From positions 176,576,001-176,640,000 of the forward strand of contig OX597816.1 in NCBI GenBank assembly GCA_951406725.2: DNA of 64,000 bases, written 5' to 3'. Numbering within the stretch: position 1 is the stretch's first letter; each line of letters opens with the position of its first letter. This DNA is from Octopus vulgaris. Lineage: Eukaryota. The position numbers and the translations under genes were made by a program. Below, piece by piece: positions 13,476-26,310 of the stretch. The notes under the pieces are model-generated. The model had not been told where the DNA came from and did no database searches. It saw nothing but the letters and a program-made list of their open reading frames with translations.

Positions 13476-14232
13476 TAAGGTGCGTGTATAAATTAGAGGT
13501 GACAGTGTAATGCTAACACATCAAAATAATCGGGATTAGACTGTTGACAAAGCAAGAAGAAAGTAGGCAACTGCCAACTTATTACATCTAGGCGAGACAA
13601 AAACACTTGAAGAGAGAATTCTAGATTTTTCCGACGTTCTTCTAAACAAAAAGCATGTTACGCCTTTCCTCCCACTTCTTGGCATTAATGTTTTTCTAAA
13701 TTTGTGTTTCCTTCACAAAACAAACACTTAATATCTTGTCTCCATCTCCAAATATAACATATATTGATTTGAGATATTAACCTATGATGCCTTTTAAATA
13801 ACAAAGAGAAAGAGGAATGCAAATTGACCGAATTAAACATATCTTTTCCGACTATCTCTCTCTCTCTACACATGTGATTCTAATTTTACAGGATATTTTT
13901 TTCTTTCGTTTTTTGTGGCGGGAGTTGAATGCATTAAAGAAAAACACTTGAATCTGAGGAAATCCTGGGAGAACTTAGACGGAAAAACATTCAGGTAGTT
14001 TTCACAAGCGATAATTTGTAGATGAATACCCAGGAATAGACTTCGGGTAGGTGTTCTAGCGCAAAGTATGAGGTTTTAATGGATCTAAAGATGCAATTAA
14101 GGGCCTCGTAAACAAATTCCCAACTCTGAGTTCGCTCTTAGCTCCCTTCCCTCTCCGCATGGTTCGAGCACCTTGCACAAAACATAAACAACGATAGGCG
14201 CAAAAGTTGTGTTAAACTCTGACAATACTCAC

Positions 14233-14343
14233 CAGAATAGAACAACTTGGATCGCATGAATCCTCCTGAGAAAGGCGCACGAATTCTCCAAAGGTAAACA
14301 ATAACACAAACACGTAAAACAATAACACTAAACAACTACTCAT
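14233..14343 (-). CDS. First coding exon of a signal-peptide protein (gene A, product unknown): MSSCLVLLFYVFVLLFTFGEFVRLSQEDSCDPSCSIL
   Basis: Kozak-like ACCATG, 37 open codons, hydrophobic N-terminus, phase-0 donor CTG|GTGAGT; non-repetitive and relatively CpG-rich context. Confidence 0.75.
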
Positions 14344-14390
14344 GGTCGGCCATATTTGAGGTCACATGACAGAACTCTAAACCAGTTCTG
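14344..14390 (-). promoter_or_regulatory. Proximal promoter of gene A with CLEAR/M-box-like and YY1-like motifs
   Basis: GTCATGTGAC at 14361-14370; AATATGGCCG overlapping an upstream ATG; short inverted repeat AGAACT-N7-AGTTCT. Confidence 0.55.
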
Positions 14391-14482
14391 ATGATGCAGC
14401 GTCAACAGCCTCATCGTCACCGCCCTCATCATTCAGTATCACCTTATTGAAAAAAGCATCTCTCTATCATAGACGAACCAAA

Positions 14483-14871
14483 TCTTTATATATAAAAGAG
14501 AGGTTGTGTGCTGTCTGTCTCCTACGATTTAGATTCCTAACTACTCCCACATTTTGCGGTGCAGTTTAACCAAAACCGGGTATCTTATAGTCGTGATTCA
14601 TATCGAGCCCTTCGGGGTATTAGCGCGCGTCTACGATTAAAAAAAAAAATTACCCTAATTTTTTTCCATTTTAATGCATTTTTCGCTATTATATAAGGGA
14701 AGTAACTCTCTAAAAATGTCTACGATGAGTCAACAATTTAAAAAAAAAATTTAACGTAATTTTTTTTTCATTTTTAATGCATTTTTTGCTATTTTTTGGC
14801 TATAACTCTCTAAAAATGCTTATATAGTTATTTCCCTTACAAACCCGAGCAACGCCGGGCGATACTGCTAG
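14483..14871 (+). mobile_element. Non-autonomous Helitron
   Basis: A|TC 5' end, hairpin CCCGAGCAACGCCGGG, CTAG|T 3' end, no TSD. Confidence 0.85.
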
Positions 14872-15929
14872 TAGAATATAAGTGTTCAAATCCCAAATAG
14901 AATATAAGCGTTCAAATCCCACCGGTGATGACCTAGTAATTCATCTATTCTGAGATGATAAGATAAATACCAGTAAGATGCAGGGTTATTTCTGACTATT
15001 ATATACATACCATTTCTTAGTGATATTAGTACTTATTCAAAATAAACTATTGTTAAAACTTAAATTATTATTAATAATCGTTAATTGAAAGACACATTTA
15101 TCAATAAGCTTCAGTTACAGAAAATAAACGGAATTATATTTCGCCAAACAAAGAGAAATTTCCAAGAAAGATCAGTTTTTTCACTAATGCAAACAAATTT
15201 CCAATTGTCGTCATTGCCGTTGTTGGTTGCTTTACATTTTCCATGCTTCAAAGAGTAAAGCGATCTCAGCATATAATTTAGGTACGGCTGTCGGATTTCC
15301 ATGTTTTAAGTTGGAAGGATATTTTTTCTTTTTCTTTTTTACTTTAGTAATTTAGAAGAGGGAGAGTAGTACCATTGGCTCTTTCCAAGGACTCCGACAC
15401 TTGTAGAAGAAGCAAGATTTCCTCATATCGGTGATTTGGTCCCAATGCTTGCAACTGAGAGGACGCCACTAAATGCCATGTTAGGGTATTACAATGGCAA
15501 TGATCGATTAAATTTACCACCCCAAAATGGAAATCAGTCCTTTGAAGGACTTCCACAATCTCTATCTACCAAGTTTCTGTGAAAAGGCTTTGGCCCACTC
15601 GAAACATTGGCAAAGTTCATTTACTCATGCAAGAGGATGCAATAAAAGAACTTCTTAACCACAGCAATGCCTGCGTCGCAGTAAAGTGCTGCATTTGATA
15701 CATTGGAAGGGATCACCGCATAATCCTTTATAGAGACAAATAAATGTCTAACGATGGTCAATCCCAAATCCCTAACCTTTCGTACCATCAGGTTAACGAA
15801 CAATCCTTAGAAAGCACTTTGTACTTGTCAAAGAACTTATATGAGAGAATACAAATACCGCTTATCATTGCCTTCTCTCAGGTATTGTTTTTTTGTTTTT
15901 TTTACAACATACCATCTTGTCATCTAGAT

Positions 15930-16479
15930 TAGGGGTCTCCAACTGCTGGGTGTGGGTAATTTGATGCCAGGCCGCACAGAAAGAATAATTTTCTTAATTT
16001 TGCGTTGTATCATATATCTTTCTCTTTTCTCTTTTACTTGTTTCAGTCATTTGACTGCGGCCATGCTGGAGCACCGCCTTTAGTCGAGCAAATCGACCCC
16101 GGGACTTATTCTTTGTAAGCCCAGTACTTATTCTATCGGTCTCTTTTGCCGAACTGCTAAGTGACGGGGACATAAACACACCAGCATCGGTTGTCAAGCA
16201 ATGCTAGGGGGGACAAACACAGACACACAAACATATTCACACACACTTATATATATATACATATATACGACAGGCTTCTTTCAGTTTCCGTCTACCAAAT
16301 CCACTCACAAGGCATAATATAAGAGTTGAAGTAAAGGGCATAATACTCAATGTAATAATTACATTTGTATTATAGACATAATAATTAAATTATATATTAG
16401 CACTTCTTTTTTATTAGACATGTAATCCCGGATCCGTAGAAAAAATTGTCTTCCATGAAACCAGGTTGGGAGACTGCTG
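15930..16479. mobile_element. hAT-like MITE with inserted SINE A (16021-16312, minus)
   Basis: TAGGGGTCTCCAAC ... GTTGGGAGACTGCTG; degenerate 8-bp TSD ATCTAGAT/ATGTAGCT. Confidence 0.6.
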
Positions 16480-16653
16480 ATGTAGCTGTATGCCTGTTAG
16501 CCAGATTCTGACTTCTGTGACATCTCTTTCGCCTGCCCTTTGACTTGAACCCTTCAAAATCCCATACTGCTTCCTTGTCGTACACTTTTTTGATTATCTT
16601 TCTTTATGTTTTTTTTTTTTTGCTTTTTCTAGTATGGATCCAAATACAGAATG

Positions 16654-17039
16654 GATGGAAGCACTCCGTCGGTTACGACGACGAGGGTTCCGGTTGATCC
16701 GAATCAACGGAACAGCCTGCTCGTGAAATTAACGTGTAAGTGGCTGAGCACTCCACAGACACGTGTACCCTTAACGTAGTTCTCGGGGATATTCAGTGTG
16801 ACACAGAGAGTGACAAGGCCGGCCCTTTGAAAATACAGGTACAACAGAAACAGGAAGTAAGAGTGAGAGAAAGTTGTGGTGAAAGAGTACAGCAGGGATC
16901 ACCACCATCCCCTGTCGGAGCCTCGTGGAGCTTTAGGTGTTTTCGCTCAATAAACACTCACAACGCCCGGTCTGGGAATCGAAACCGCGATCCTATGACC
17001 GTGAGTCCACTGCCCTAACCACTGGGCCATTGCACCTCC
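16654..17039 (-). mobile_element. SINE family C, tail type Y
   Basis: tRNA-like head; TSD CCAAATACAGAAT on both sides. Confidence 0.9.
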
Positions 17040-17468
17040 CCAAATACAGAATAGTGTGATAATCTTTGGTGTCTTCCATGAAGTTAGTAAATTAAATATC
17101 ACAGACTTAAGTTGTAGTTCTTGAAATTACTGACAGTTCTTTGTCCTTGTTTGTCTCCTAAAATTGCCTTCTATCACAACGAGAACTGCATCCAGCTTCA
17201 TTTGTATGGTCATTAGCGGATTACAATAATGTCTTGATCTGGTTGGATAGGTGAAGTACCACTGGTTTGCACAAACATGTATCATTTTTCACCATAATTA
17301 TGCTGACAATTTGCTAAGTAGATGCGTTGTCTAAAATTGATAACGTCTTCACGTCAATGTGGGAGAAAAGTCAGTCGTAAAAGATATGCATATTGAGCCT
17401 AGTAATGCACTCGTAGCCGGTGTCATCTCCCTATAACGACTAACTTTAAAAGGTAAATGTCATTTCAA

Positions 17469-17699
17469 GGCGGCGAGCTGGCAGAAACGTTAGCACGCCG
17501 GGCGAAATGTTTAGCGGTATTTCGTCTGCGTTATGTTGTGAGTTCAAATTCCGCCGCGGTCAACTTTGCCTTTCATCCTTTCGGGGTCGATAAATTAAGT
17601 ACCAGTTATGCACTGGAGTCGATGTAATCGACTTAATACCTATGTCTGTCCTTGTTTGTCCCCTCTGTGTTTAACCCCTTGTGGGTAATAAAGAAATAG
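17469..17699 (+). mobile_element. SINE family B
   Basis: GGCGGCGAGCTGGCAGAA ... GAGTTCAAATTCC; TSD AGGTAAATGTCATTT. Confidence 0.9.
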
Positions 17700-19110
17700 G
17701 TAAATGTCATTTTTTGAATGTTTCAGTTCCCTTAGATGACGCGCGCCTGCTCCACCATTGTTACTTTTAATTTTTAATTCAATCCTTAGCGATTTTTGAT
17801 CCTCTACGAAATTTTTAATATGTTTGGCAGTAACTGTGAATTTCTATACAACTGACATTTTTACCAGAGGATCATTGATGGATAATTCTCTTCCTTGATA
17901 TTTACATTTTTTTAAAACTCTCGTACACTCCCTTGTATCAACAGATGATAAACGTTATATTTCAAAGACAATGCAGTAAGTTTGTTAATTGCTTTAATTG
18001 TGTCCATGTTTGTTTTTTGATAAAATCTTTTCACAGACACATGCCACCGAAGTACCAAACATCTGACTTTTTCATGAGCTTCACTTTCTGATTAATTTAT
18101 AGGTTCTCATGTTTCTCAGATTATTTCTCTCCTTTAAAGCCATTGTGTAAAGTATAAGATTGAAGGATGCCTAATTAGTGAGAGCACTGACGCAATATGC
18201 ATATAACATCTCACCACGTTTAACTTAGTGTTTATTAAAGAGGAGTGTGAAAACGAACAAGCAACAAACTGGAAATTGCAAGAAAGAAACAAAGGAGGCA
18301 GGAATGATAGAGGATTAAGTGAAGTAAGAGGTTAGTCAGTTAGTGGAGAATGCAGAGTGTCAGAAAGAAAGGGCATATTTCTTAGAGAGGTGTTTAAATG
18401 CAAGTAATAAACATAAAATATACTGTTAAAAAAAGTTGCTTTTAGTTCTCTTACCGCTTTCCCATTATCCCACCATCTTCGTAATAGAATACATGATATA
18501 AAAGGCTGTGGATGTGCTGTGCTATCTGAAAACAACTGTTGTAATATTTCATTGTCGTCGTTGTCGTTTAACGCCTGTTATCCATGCTGGCAGGAGTTGG
18601 ACGGTTTGACAGGAACTGTCCAGACTCCAGTTGTCTGTTTGGGCATAGTTTCTACGGCTGGATACCTTTTCTAACGCCAAGGACGCCCTTCTGGGCGCCA
18701 TTTCATGAGACAGAAAAATTATTATTCTCTAAAATATTTGTACTAGTATCCTCAGCTTGGTTGTAGTATTTCATTTTCAAGTGCTTATCATATTCAGTAA
18801 TCGTTTTCTGTTCATTCCTTTTATATCCATTTTTCCATGCTGGTATGGGTTAAATGAAGACTTACTGAGGCACTTTATGGCTGGATGCCCTTCTTGTAGT
18901 TAACCTTTCATGTTTTTCAAGAAAGGGATACTTTTTTTATTATACACGAAATTTGAACATTTTACTCAGACAGTGTCATTCGCACATATGCACACATGCA
19001 AACGCACGCGTGCACACACACCCAAATACATGCATACATGTGTGGGATGGGATTCTATACAGTTTCTGTCTTCCAATTCCATTCACAAAACTATAGTAAA
19101 AAATTATTTT

Positions 19111-19505
19111 CATGGTTGTGTGGTAAGAAACTTACTTCTGAACCACATGGTTCTGGGTTCAGTCCCACTTGGGCAAATGTCTTCTACTATTGCCTCAAGC
19201 CAACCAAAGCCTTGTGAGTGAATTTGGAAGACGGAAACTGAAAGAAGTGCATTGTTTATATGTATATGCATGTATATATTTGTGTGTGTGTCTTTGTGTC
19301 TGTGTTTATCTCACCACCACCATTTGATAAATGGTGTTAGTGTGTTTGCATTCCTGTAACTTAACAGTTCGGCAAAAGAGATTGATAGAATAAGTACCAG
19401 GCTTTAAAAAAAATTAATAACTGGGGGTCCATTTATTTGACTAAAACATTAAGGCAGTGCCTCAGCATGGCTACCGACCAATGACTGAAAAAAGTAAAAG
19501 AATAA
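19111..19505 (+). mobile_element. SINE family A (diverged)
   Basis: Colinear with the 7529-7940 copy. Confidence 0.8.
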
Positions 19506-19729
19506 AGGAAAAAAAACGCCTTACAGTAGGGAGAAAGCAAAACAATATATTTATGAAATAAATTCCACATGAAAAAACCTCAGTTGCACTTCCAGTTCCT
19601 GCAATTTAGGACTAAATCCTTTGTTAAATTCATGAGGATAGAGCATTCTCATTCTAATGTCCCAAGGGACATTTTCCATACTAGCTATTCTATTACTTGT
19701 GAAGTTGTTAGATTGTCGCATCTCAACTA

Positions 19730-21435
19730 TCAGGTTAAGTAAAAAGTAAGCAACGTTTTGAACCATGAAGAATTTGTACCAGATTTTTGTAGAGTTTTCA
19801 AGTTTTTTAAACATTTTTTTGCAATATCCTGATAATACAGACATAGACTTTCCTAAATGCATCAATAAATTAACATTGAAATTATTTTCACCGTTGTTAC
19901 AACCATCTGAAATGGAACTGTCAAAGAAATTTTGCTATTCAACTTCAAAAAAGGGCTTAAAGCAGCTGAAACTGTTTGCAATACCAACAAAACATTTGGT
20001 GAGGAAATGACCAGTGAGTGGTCAGCTTGAAAATGGTTTAAACAATTTTGCAGTGAAAACCTGAGCCTTGAAGATTGTGAAAGTAGTGGATGCCCAGCTG
20101 TCATCAATGACAATCAATTAAAGACTGTCATCAAAAATCAAAGAATCAAAAAATCAAATCGAAATTGATCAACATCAATGGAATTTGTAGTTTGTAGTAC
20201 CAGTGCCGGTGGCACATAAGAGAACCATCCGAACGTGGCCGTAGCCAGCACCGCATCGACTGGCCTCCGTGCGGGTGGCACGTAACAAACACCATCCGAT
20301 TGTGGCCGTGCCAGCCTCGCCTGGCCTCCGTGCCAGTGGCACGTAAAAAGCACCATCCGAGCGTGACCGTTTGCCAGCTTTGTCTGGCACCTGTGTCGGT
20401 GGCACATAAAAAGCACCCACTACACTCACGGAGTGGTTGGCGTTAGGAAGGGCATCCAGCTCTAGAAACACCGCCAGATCTGACTGGCCTGGTGCAGCCT
20501 TCGGGCTTCCCAGACCCCAGTTGAACCATCCAACCCATGCTAGCATGGAAGGCGGACGTTAAACGATGATGATGATGATGATGATTGAGGAAGATTCTCC
20601 TAAAACCACTTGAGAACTGGAAAAAGAACTTCAAGTTTACCAGAAAACTGTCTGCAACCATTTGCATGCGATCGGAAAATCAAAAAAGCTTGACAAATGG
20701 GTACTACACAATTTGTATGAAAATCAGAAAATGTGCAGAAATGAAATTTGCTTGTTACTTCTCTGTAATCCATTTCTCAACTGTATTGTAACTTGTGATG
20801 AAAAGTGGATTCTGTACAATAATAAAAAACATTCTTTGCAGTGGTTGGACCAAAATGAAGCACTGAAAACCTTCCCTCAACCTGAGCTCTTCAAAAGGAA
20901 GGTTATGGTGACTGTTTGGAGGTGTACTGCTGAATTCATCCATTGAAACTTCTTAAAACCTGAGAAAACCATTACTGCAGAAACATATTGCCATGAAAAT
21001 GAATGAAAAACTGCTACTCCTCCATCCCAGACTGGTCAACAGAAGAGGGCCAATCATTCTTCATGACAATGCTCAACCACTCATTTCACTAATGACACTC
21101 CAGAAGTTGAGGGAACTTGGTTATGAAGTTCTTCACCACCCAACTTATTCCCAAAATCTCGCTCCTACCAACTACCACTTTTTCAAGCACCTTGATGGTT
21201 CCCTGCAAGAGAAGGGATTCAAAAACCAAACAAATGCTGAAAGTGCATTCAAGGAGTTCATTAGTTCCAGAACTCCAGATTTTTATGTTACCAGAATAAA
21301 CAAACTTGTAACTCATTGGCAAAAATGTATCGATTGTAATGGTACTTACTTTGATGAATAAAATTTCTGCATTTTTGAAATATATTGTGATGAATTTCAT
21401 GTTTCAAAGTGTTGCTTACTTTTTACTCAACCTGA
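19730..21435 (+). mobile_element. Full-length decayed mariner with an RTE 3' UTR insert (~20137-20584)
   Basis: TIRs TA|TCAGGTTAAGTAAAAAGTAAGCAAC ... GTTGCTTACTTTTTACTCAACCTGA|TA; motifs WVLH, VTCDEKW, HDNA, HPTYSQNLAPTNYHFF. Confidence 0.9.
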
Positions 21436-21558
21436 TACATATATATGAACACATGTACACTAGCACACACACTTTTGTGTGTGTGTGTGTGTGGTATATA
21501 TTGTATGAGAAGCCAGATCTGACCACATGAAACAGGTGGAATATTTGCTAAAGGGTGT

Positions 21559-21943
21559 GGAGGCGCAATGGCCCAGTGGTTAGGGCAGCGGACTCGCGGT
21601 CATAGGATTGCAGTTTCGATTCCCAGACCGGGCGTTGTGAGTGTTTATTGAGTGAAAACACCAAAAAAGCTCCACGAGGCTCCGGCAGGGGATGGTGGTG
21701 ATCCCTGCTATACTCTTTCACCACAACTTTCTCTCACTCTTACTTCCTGTTTCTGTTGTACCTGTATTTCAAAGGGCCGGCCTTGTCACTCTCTGTGTCA
21801 CGCTGAATATCCACGAGAACTACGTTAAGGGTACACGTGTCTGTGGAGTGCTCAGCCACTTACACGTTAATTTCACGAGCAGGCTGTTCCGTTGATCGTA
21901 TCAGCTGGGACCCTCATCGTCGTAACCGACGGAGTGCTCCTAC
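21559..21943 (+). mobile_element. SINE family C, tail type Y
   Basis: 16-bp TSD TATTTGCTAAAGGGTG. Confidence 0.9.
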
Positions 21944-22504
21944 TATTTGCTAAAGGGTGAAAGTTCAAGGAAATCAACTTGACAAAGTGTAAAACAATGG
22001 ATCCAAAGTAAGATACGGAGAATATTAGAAATATTGTAACAAGCAACTATTAAACCATAACAAAAAATAGGAAACAGCTTCAAAGAAACAAGAAAATAAG
22101 CATAGCAAAACAACTTGATGGTCAGGATATGAAACAATCCCGCTGCACTTACAAAAATAAGTTATCAGAAATATTTTAAATGCTAAATCACAACTTAATT
22201 GAGAAGAATTGAGAACAACAAAATGACAGGTAGATTAATGATAATGAAATTAACCAATGAAAACAGAGAGCATATAATGAATTGACAAATGATACCAATT
22301 ATCATAGCCAATGTTGTAACAACAAAATATGATTGGAGAGCAGATAAACCTCTCTAAAAAAGAAAACAACATAATAGGCTACAACAACATTAGAAACCAG
22401 CCAATGAAAATGACCACCACAGACAAATGAGCAAATGTACTCCAGTTCATACAAAACTAGCAGACATACCCAGCTTGCTTGGGACTAAAATACCATAGAT
22501 TTTT

Positions 22505-22794
22505 ATTGCTTTACTTGTTTCAGTCATGAGACTGTAGCCATGCTGGAGCACCGCCCTTAGTCAAAGAAATGGACCCTGGGATTTATTTTTTGTAAGCCTA
22601 GTATTTATTGTATTTGTGTGTTTTGCCAAACAGCTAAGTTATGGGTACATAAACACAGCAAAATCAGTTGTCAAGCGATGATGGGGGTACAAACACACAC
22701 ACACACACATACCAATATGCACATATATGACTGTCTTTTTACAGCTTCTGTGTATGAAATCCACTCACAAGGCTTTGGTGGGCCTGAGGCTATC

Positions 22795-22795
<1 letters not shown>
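22505..22795 (-). mobile_element. SINE family A, preceded by a Helitron 3'-end fragment (~22458-22490)
   Basis: ACTAGCAG..ACCC.GCTTGCTTGGG resembles the reverse complement of the Helitron end at 14845-14872. Confidence 0.65.
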
Positions 22796-22858
<63 letters not shown>

Positions 22859-22868
22859 ATATATATAT

Positions 22869-22915
<47 letters not shown>

Positions 22916-22932
22916 TATATCATATATATATA

Positions 22933-24060
22933 TATTGGTAAAAACGGTAAGATAACAAAAGAAAGAAAGAGACCTCAATATTATGTAAATAAAGGAAATT
23001 TATCTGTAAAATAATATGTGACAATTATTCGGTAGCCAAGTTTCGGATGCCGAGGTGGAAATCCACACCACCATCTCTTCGGTTATCTGACCATCTGAAA
23101 AACGCTATGAAAAAAGACGGTTATACAAAGGGAAATTACTGTGTTATAAGTCCGCTACTTATATAAAAGCGCTAATTCAATGACCGCTACGTATATAAAA
23201 TAAGGTTAAAAGTTCATAGTAAACACGTAAGCATGCCTACTCATACGCTCACATTTGCGCTCGCACACCCACGTGCGTACTTATACGTCACTATGAAAAC
23301 GTACACATCTTCACTCGCATTTTTCGCCAAATGTATACGCATATATATATATATATACAAACTCATACACACACACGTGCACCGTAAAAGTTCCTGCATA
23401 CGTCTACATACGCACAAGCACAAGAAAAAACATGGTTAAAGGTAACAATACAGAAAAAAGCATAAGGAATTATTATGTGTAAAAATATAAAAGAGTAAAC
23501 GACATTCATATACGGACATACCCTTATGCACGCACACACACACGCCCATATATGTACATACCCGCACATGTTTATATACGCATACACACACGCATACACA
23601 AAAAAAGGATTATACATACGCCCAAAAAATCCGAAAAAATTGTAAAAATACTAAGTAAAAACGTCTATATATATATATATATGTATTCTTATGCCCGCAC
23701 GCACGCACACATCTATATACATACATACCCGCCCACTCATACATATTCACACACACATTCAAATGAATCTATATACACATCTATATAGGCACAAGAAAAA
23801 ATGCAGGATGGAAGAGTACAGAAAATATTATTATGTGTAAAAATATAAAAATATATGAAAAAAATAAAAGGTATAATGAGATAAAAAACTTTTGTGTGGA
23901 CATAATATAGAAAGCAAGTTCTATCTGTAGTCTTGAGGGGACCAAAAACGTAACAAAAATTTTGTCACATGTGGGCATGATCCGAAAAGTTCTGTCCTTG
24001 AGTTTAGACATGTAGTAGGGTCTAAGCTGCTTTTCCAGATAAGCCATCTCTCCATGTCAT
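22933..24060 (-). mobile_element. Penelope-like element 3' part (endonuclease C-terminus plus pseudo-LTR)
   Basis: 23860-24060 is homologous to 31670-31865; 22933-23040 is the reverse complement of 33120-33222; ends at (TA)n. Confidence 0.75.
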
Positions 24061-24246
24061 ACAAAATTAGCAGACATACCCGGCTTGCTTGGGACTAAAA
24101 TAGCATAGATATTTATTGTTTTACTTGTTTCAGTCATGTGACTGTAGCCATGCTGGAGCACCGCCTTTAGTCAAAGAAATGGACCCTGGGATTTATTTTT
24201 TGTAAGCCTAGTACTTATTGTATCTGTGTGTTTTGATATATATAAT

Positions 24247-25875
24247 ATCATCATCATCATCGTTTAACGTCCATTTTCCATGCTAGCACGGGTTGGACGG
24301 TTCAACCAGGGTCTGGAAGCCATGGAGGCTGCACCAGGCTCCAGTCTGATCTGGCAGTGTTTCTACAGCTGGATGCCCTTCCTAACGCCAACCACTAATG
24401 CCAATCACACACCCTAGGGGGTGTGTGGTGAGTTCGCCTTTCTGCTTACTATAACTTTGGCCTTTGCTACATTTACTCTAAGGCCCTTTGATTCTAAACC
24501 TTGCTTCCACACCCAAAATTTCTTTTCTAGTTCCGGTAGTGATTCTGCTATGAGGGCCAGGTCATCAGCATAGAGGAGCTCCCAGGGGCAACCTGTTTGG
24601 AATTCCTCTGTTATTGCCTGGAAGACTATGATGAATAAAAGGGGACTGAGGGCTGAACCTTGGTGGACACCTACTTCTACCCGGAATTCTTCACTATACT
24701 CATTGCCAATCCTAACCTTGCTGACAGCCTCTCTGTATAGAGCCTGTATAGCCCTTATTAGCCATTTGTCAATCTCCAGTTTCCGCATCGATCACCAGAT
24801 AAGGGATCGGGGGACCCTGTCAAAGGCTTTCTCCAAGTCCACAAAAGCTATGTAGAGGTTGTTTATCTTTAGCTAGGTATTTCTCCTGCAGTTGTTGAAC
24901 CAGGAATATGGCACAGTGGTGCTTCTACCCAGCACAAAACCGAACTGCATCTCATCTAAGCAAAATCTCTCCCTAATGAGATGGGCTATGACCCTCTCTG
25001 TGACCTTCATCACCTGATCCAACAGTTTAATACCCCTGTAGTTATTTCTATCTAAAGCATCACCTCTACCCTTGTAGCAGTTGACTATGGTGCTGCTACA
25101 CCAGTCATTGGGTATGACTCCATTATGAACTACCTGGTTTACAATGCGGGTGACTAGGCCATAGCCCACACCACCAGATGTTTTAAGCATCTCAGCAGTG
25201 ATTCCTGTGATTCCTGGGGGCTTTTCCTGGTTTCATACCCTTAATTGCCTTAACTACTAGGGAGCTGTCTATTCGGATAGCTGGTCCCTCTACTGGGTCA
25301 ACATTTGGCAGGCTCTCCTCCTCCCATTCATTCTCCACATTCAGCAGTCTTTCATAATGGCTTCTCCAAGCCTTTTTCTTTTCAGAATAACTAAAAGCAA
25401 GTGCACCATCATCCATGCGGACACATTTCTCTCCTGTAACATCACTATTTTCTCTCACACACTGTCTGGCAATCCGAAATACCTCAGCTCTTTGGTCCTC
25501 ACATCGCTGGACATTGGCAAACTTCTTCTTTTCTGCTTCATCTTTGGCTATGTATACCTGCTGCCCAGCCTCGCTTTTGGCTACCTGGTACAGTTCCCTG
25601 CTACCCCCATCCCTCCAGGATTTCCAGGCCTGTTTCTTTGCTCTAATGGCTTTGTCTACTGTACTATTCTACCACCATGTAACTCTAGGTCTGGAAGGGA
25701 CTTTGCACCATCCACAGACTTGGTCTGTGGCACTCAGCAAGCTGTCCCGAAGGAATTTCCAGCTACCTTCTATGTTCGACGTCTGTAGCTCCTCCTCCCT
25801 CTCATCAAATTTCTTGATGAGGATGTCCCTAAATCTCTGACCATGTGAAGGGTTCTTTAGCTTCCAAATCCTTCG
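24247..25875 (-). mobile_element. Internally deleted RTE LINE
   Basis: RT fragments GVHQGSALSP and YADD; terminal 3' UTR and (GAT)n tail. Confidence 0.9.
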
Positions 25876-26062
25876 TATATATATATATATATATAAAATA
25901 GAAAAGAGTGAAAAAACTACAGAAGGCTTGTTTTATAAGGTTAAAGAATATATTTAAGTTGTTATGTTAGAAAAATGTTATAAAATTTTGTGTATAGTAA
26001 CATAGTTTTTGGAGAAAACTATGTTACTATGTTACTATACACAAAATTTTATAAATTTTATA

Positions 26063-26310
26063 ACTCCATCCCCTTCAAGATCAAGTGGAGACTACTCCAG
26101 AGAGCGCGTTCTTACACGGGAGGCCATACTTGCTGTGACCTTTGCATTTCTGAGAGCTTGGAGATCTTATTCGCCAAAGGCCCTCTCCTCAACAAGATCT
26201 CGGAACACTCCCCAAACTGTATGCACAAAATCTATGCAAACTACAAAAATTACAGACCCACCCGGCCACCCGATTGACGACACCCCACCCACAAAAATAA
26301 TTGTAAGAAT
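26063..26310 (+). mobile_element. Penelope-like GIY-YIG endonuclease C-terminal fragment
   Basis: IKWRLLQRARSYTGG..CDLCISESLEIL...LLNKISE..CMHK. Confidence 0.7.

Noticed and set aside
15379-15582. ~68-codon plus-strand open frame after a strong pyrimidine tract
   Set aside because: In-frame stop between the acceptor and the frame; no recognisable homology
20200-20420. Repeat-spacer pattern resembling a CRISPR array
   Set aside because: It is the RTE 3' UTR tandem unit; spacers are mutually related, there are no cas genes and the context is eukaryotic
21559-21630. tRNA-like sequences with A and B boxes
   Set aside because: SINE heads with imperfect cloverleaves followed by SINE bodies and TSDs
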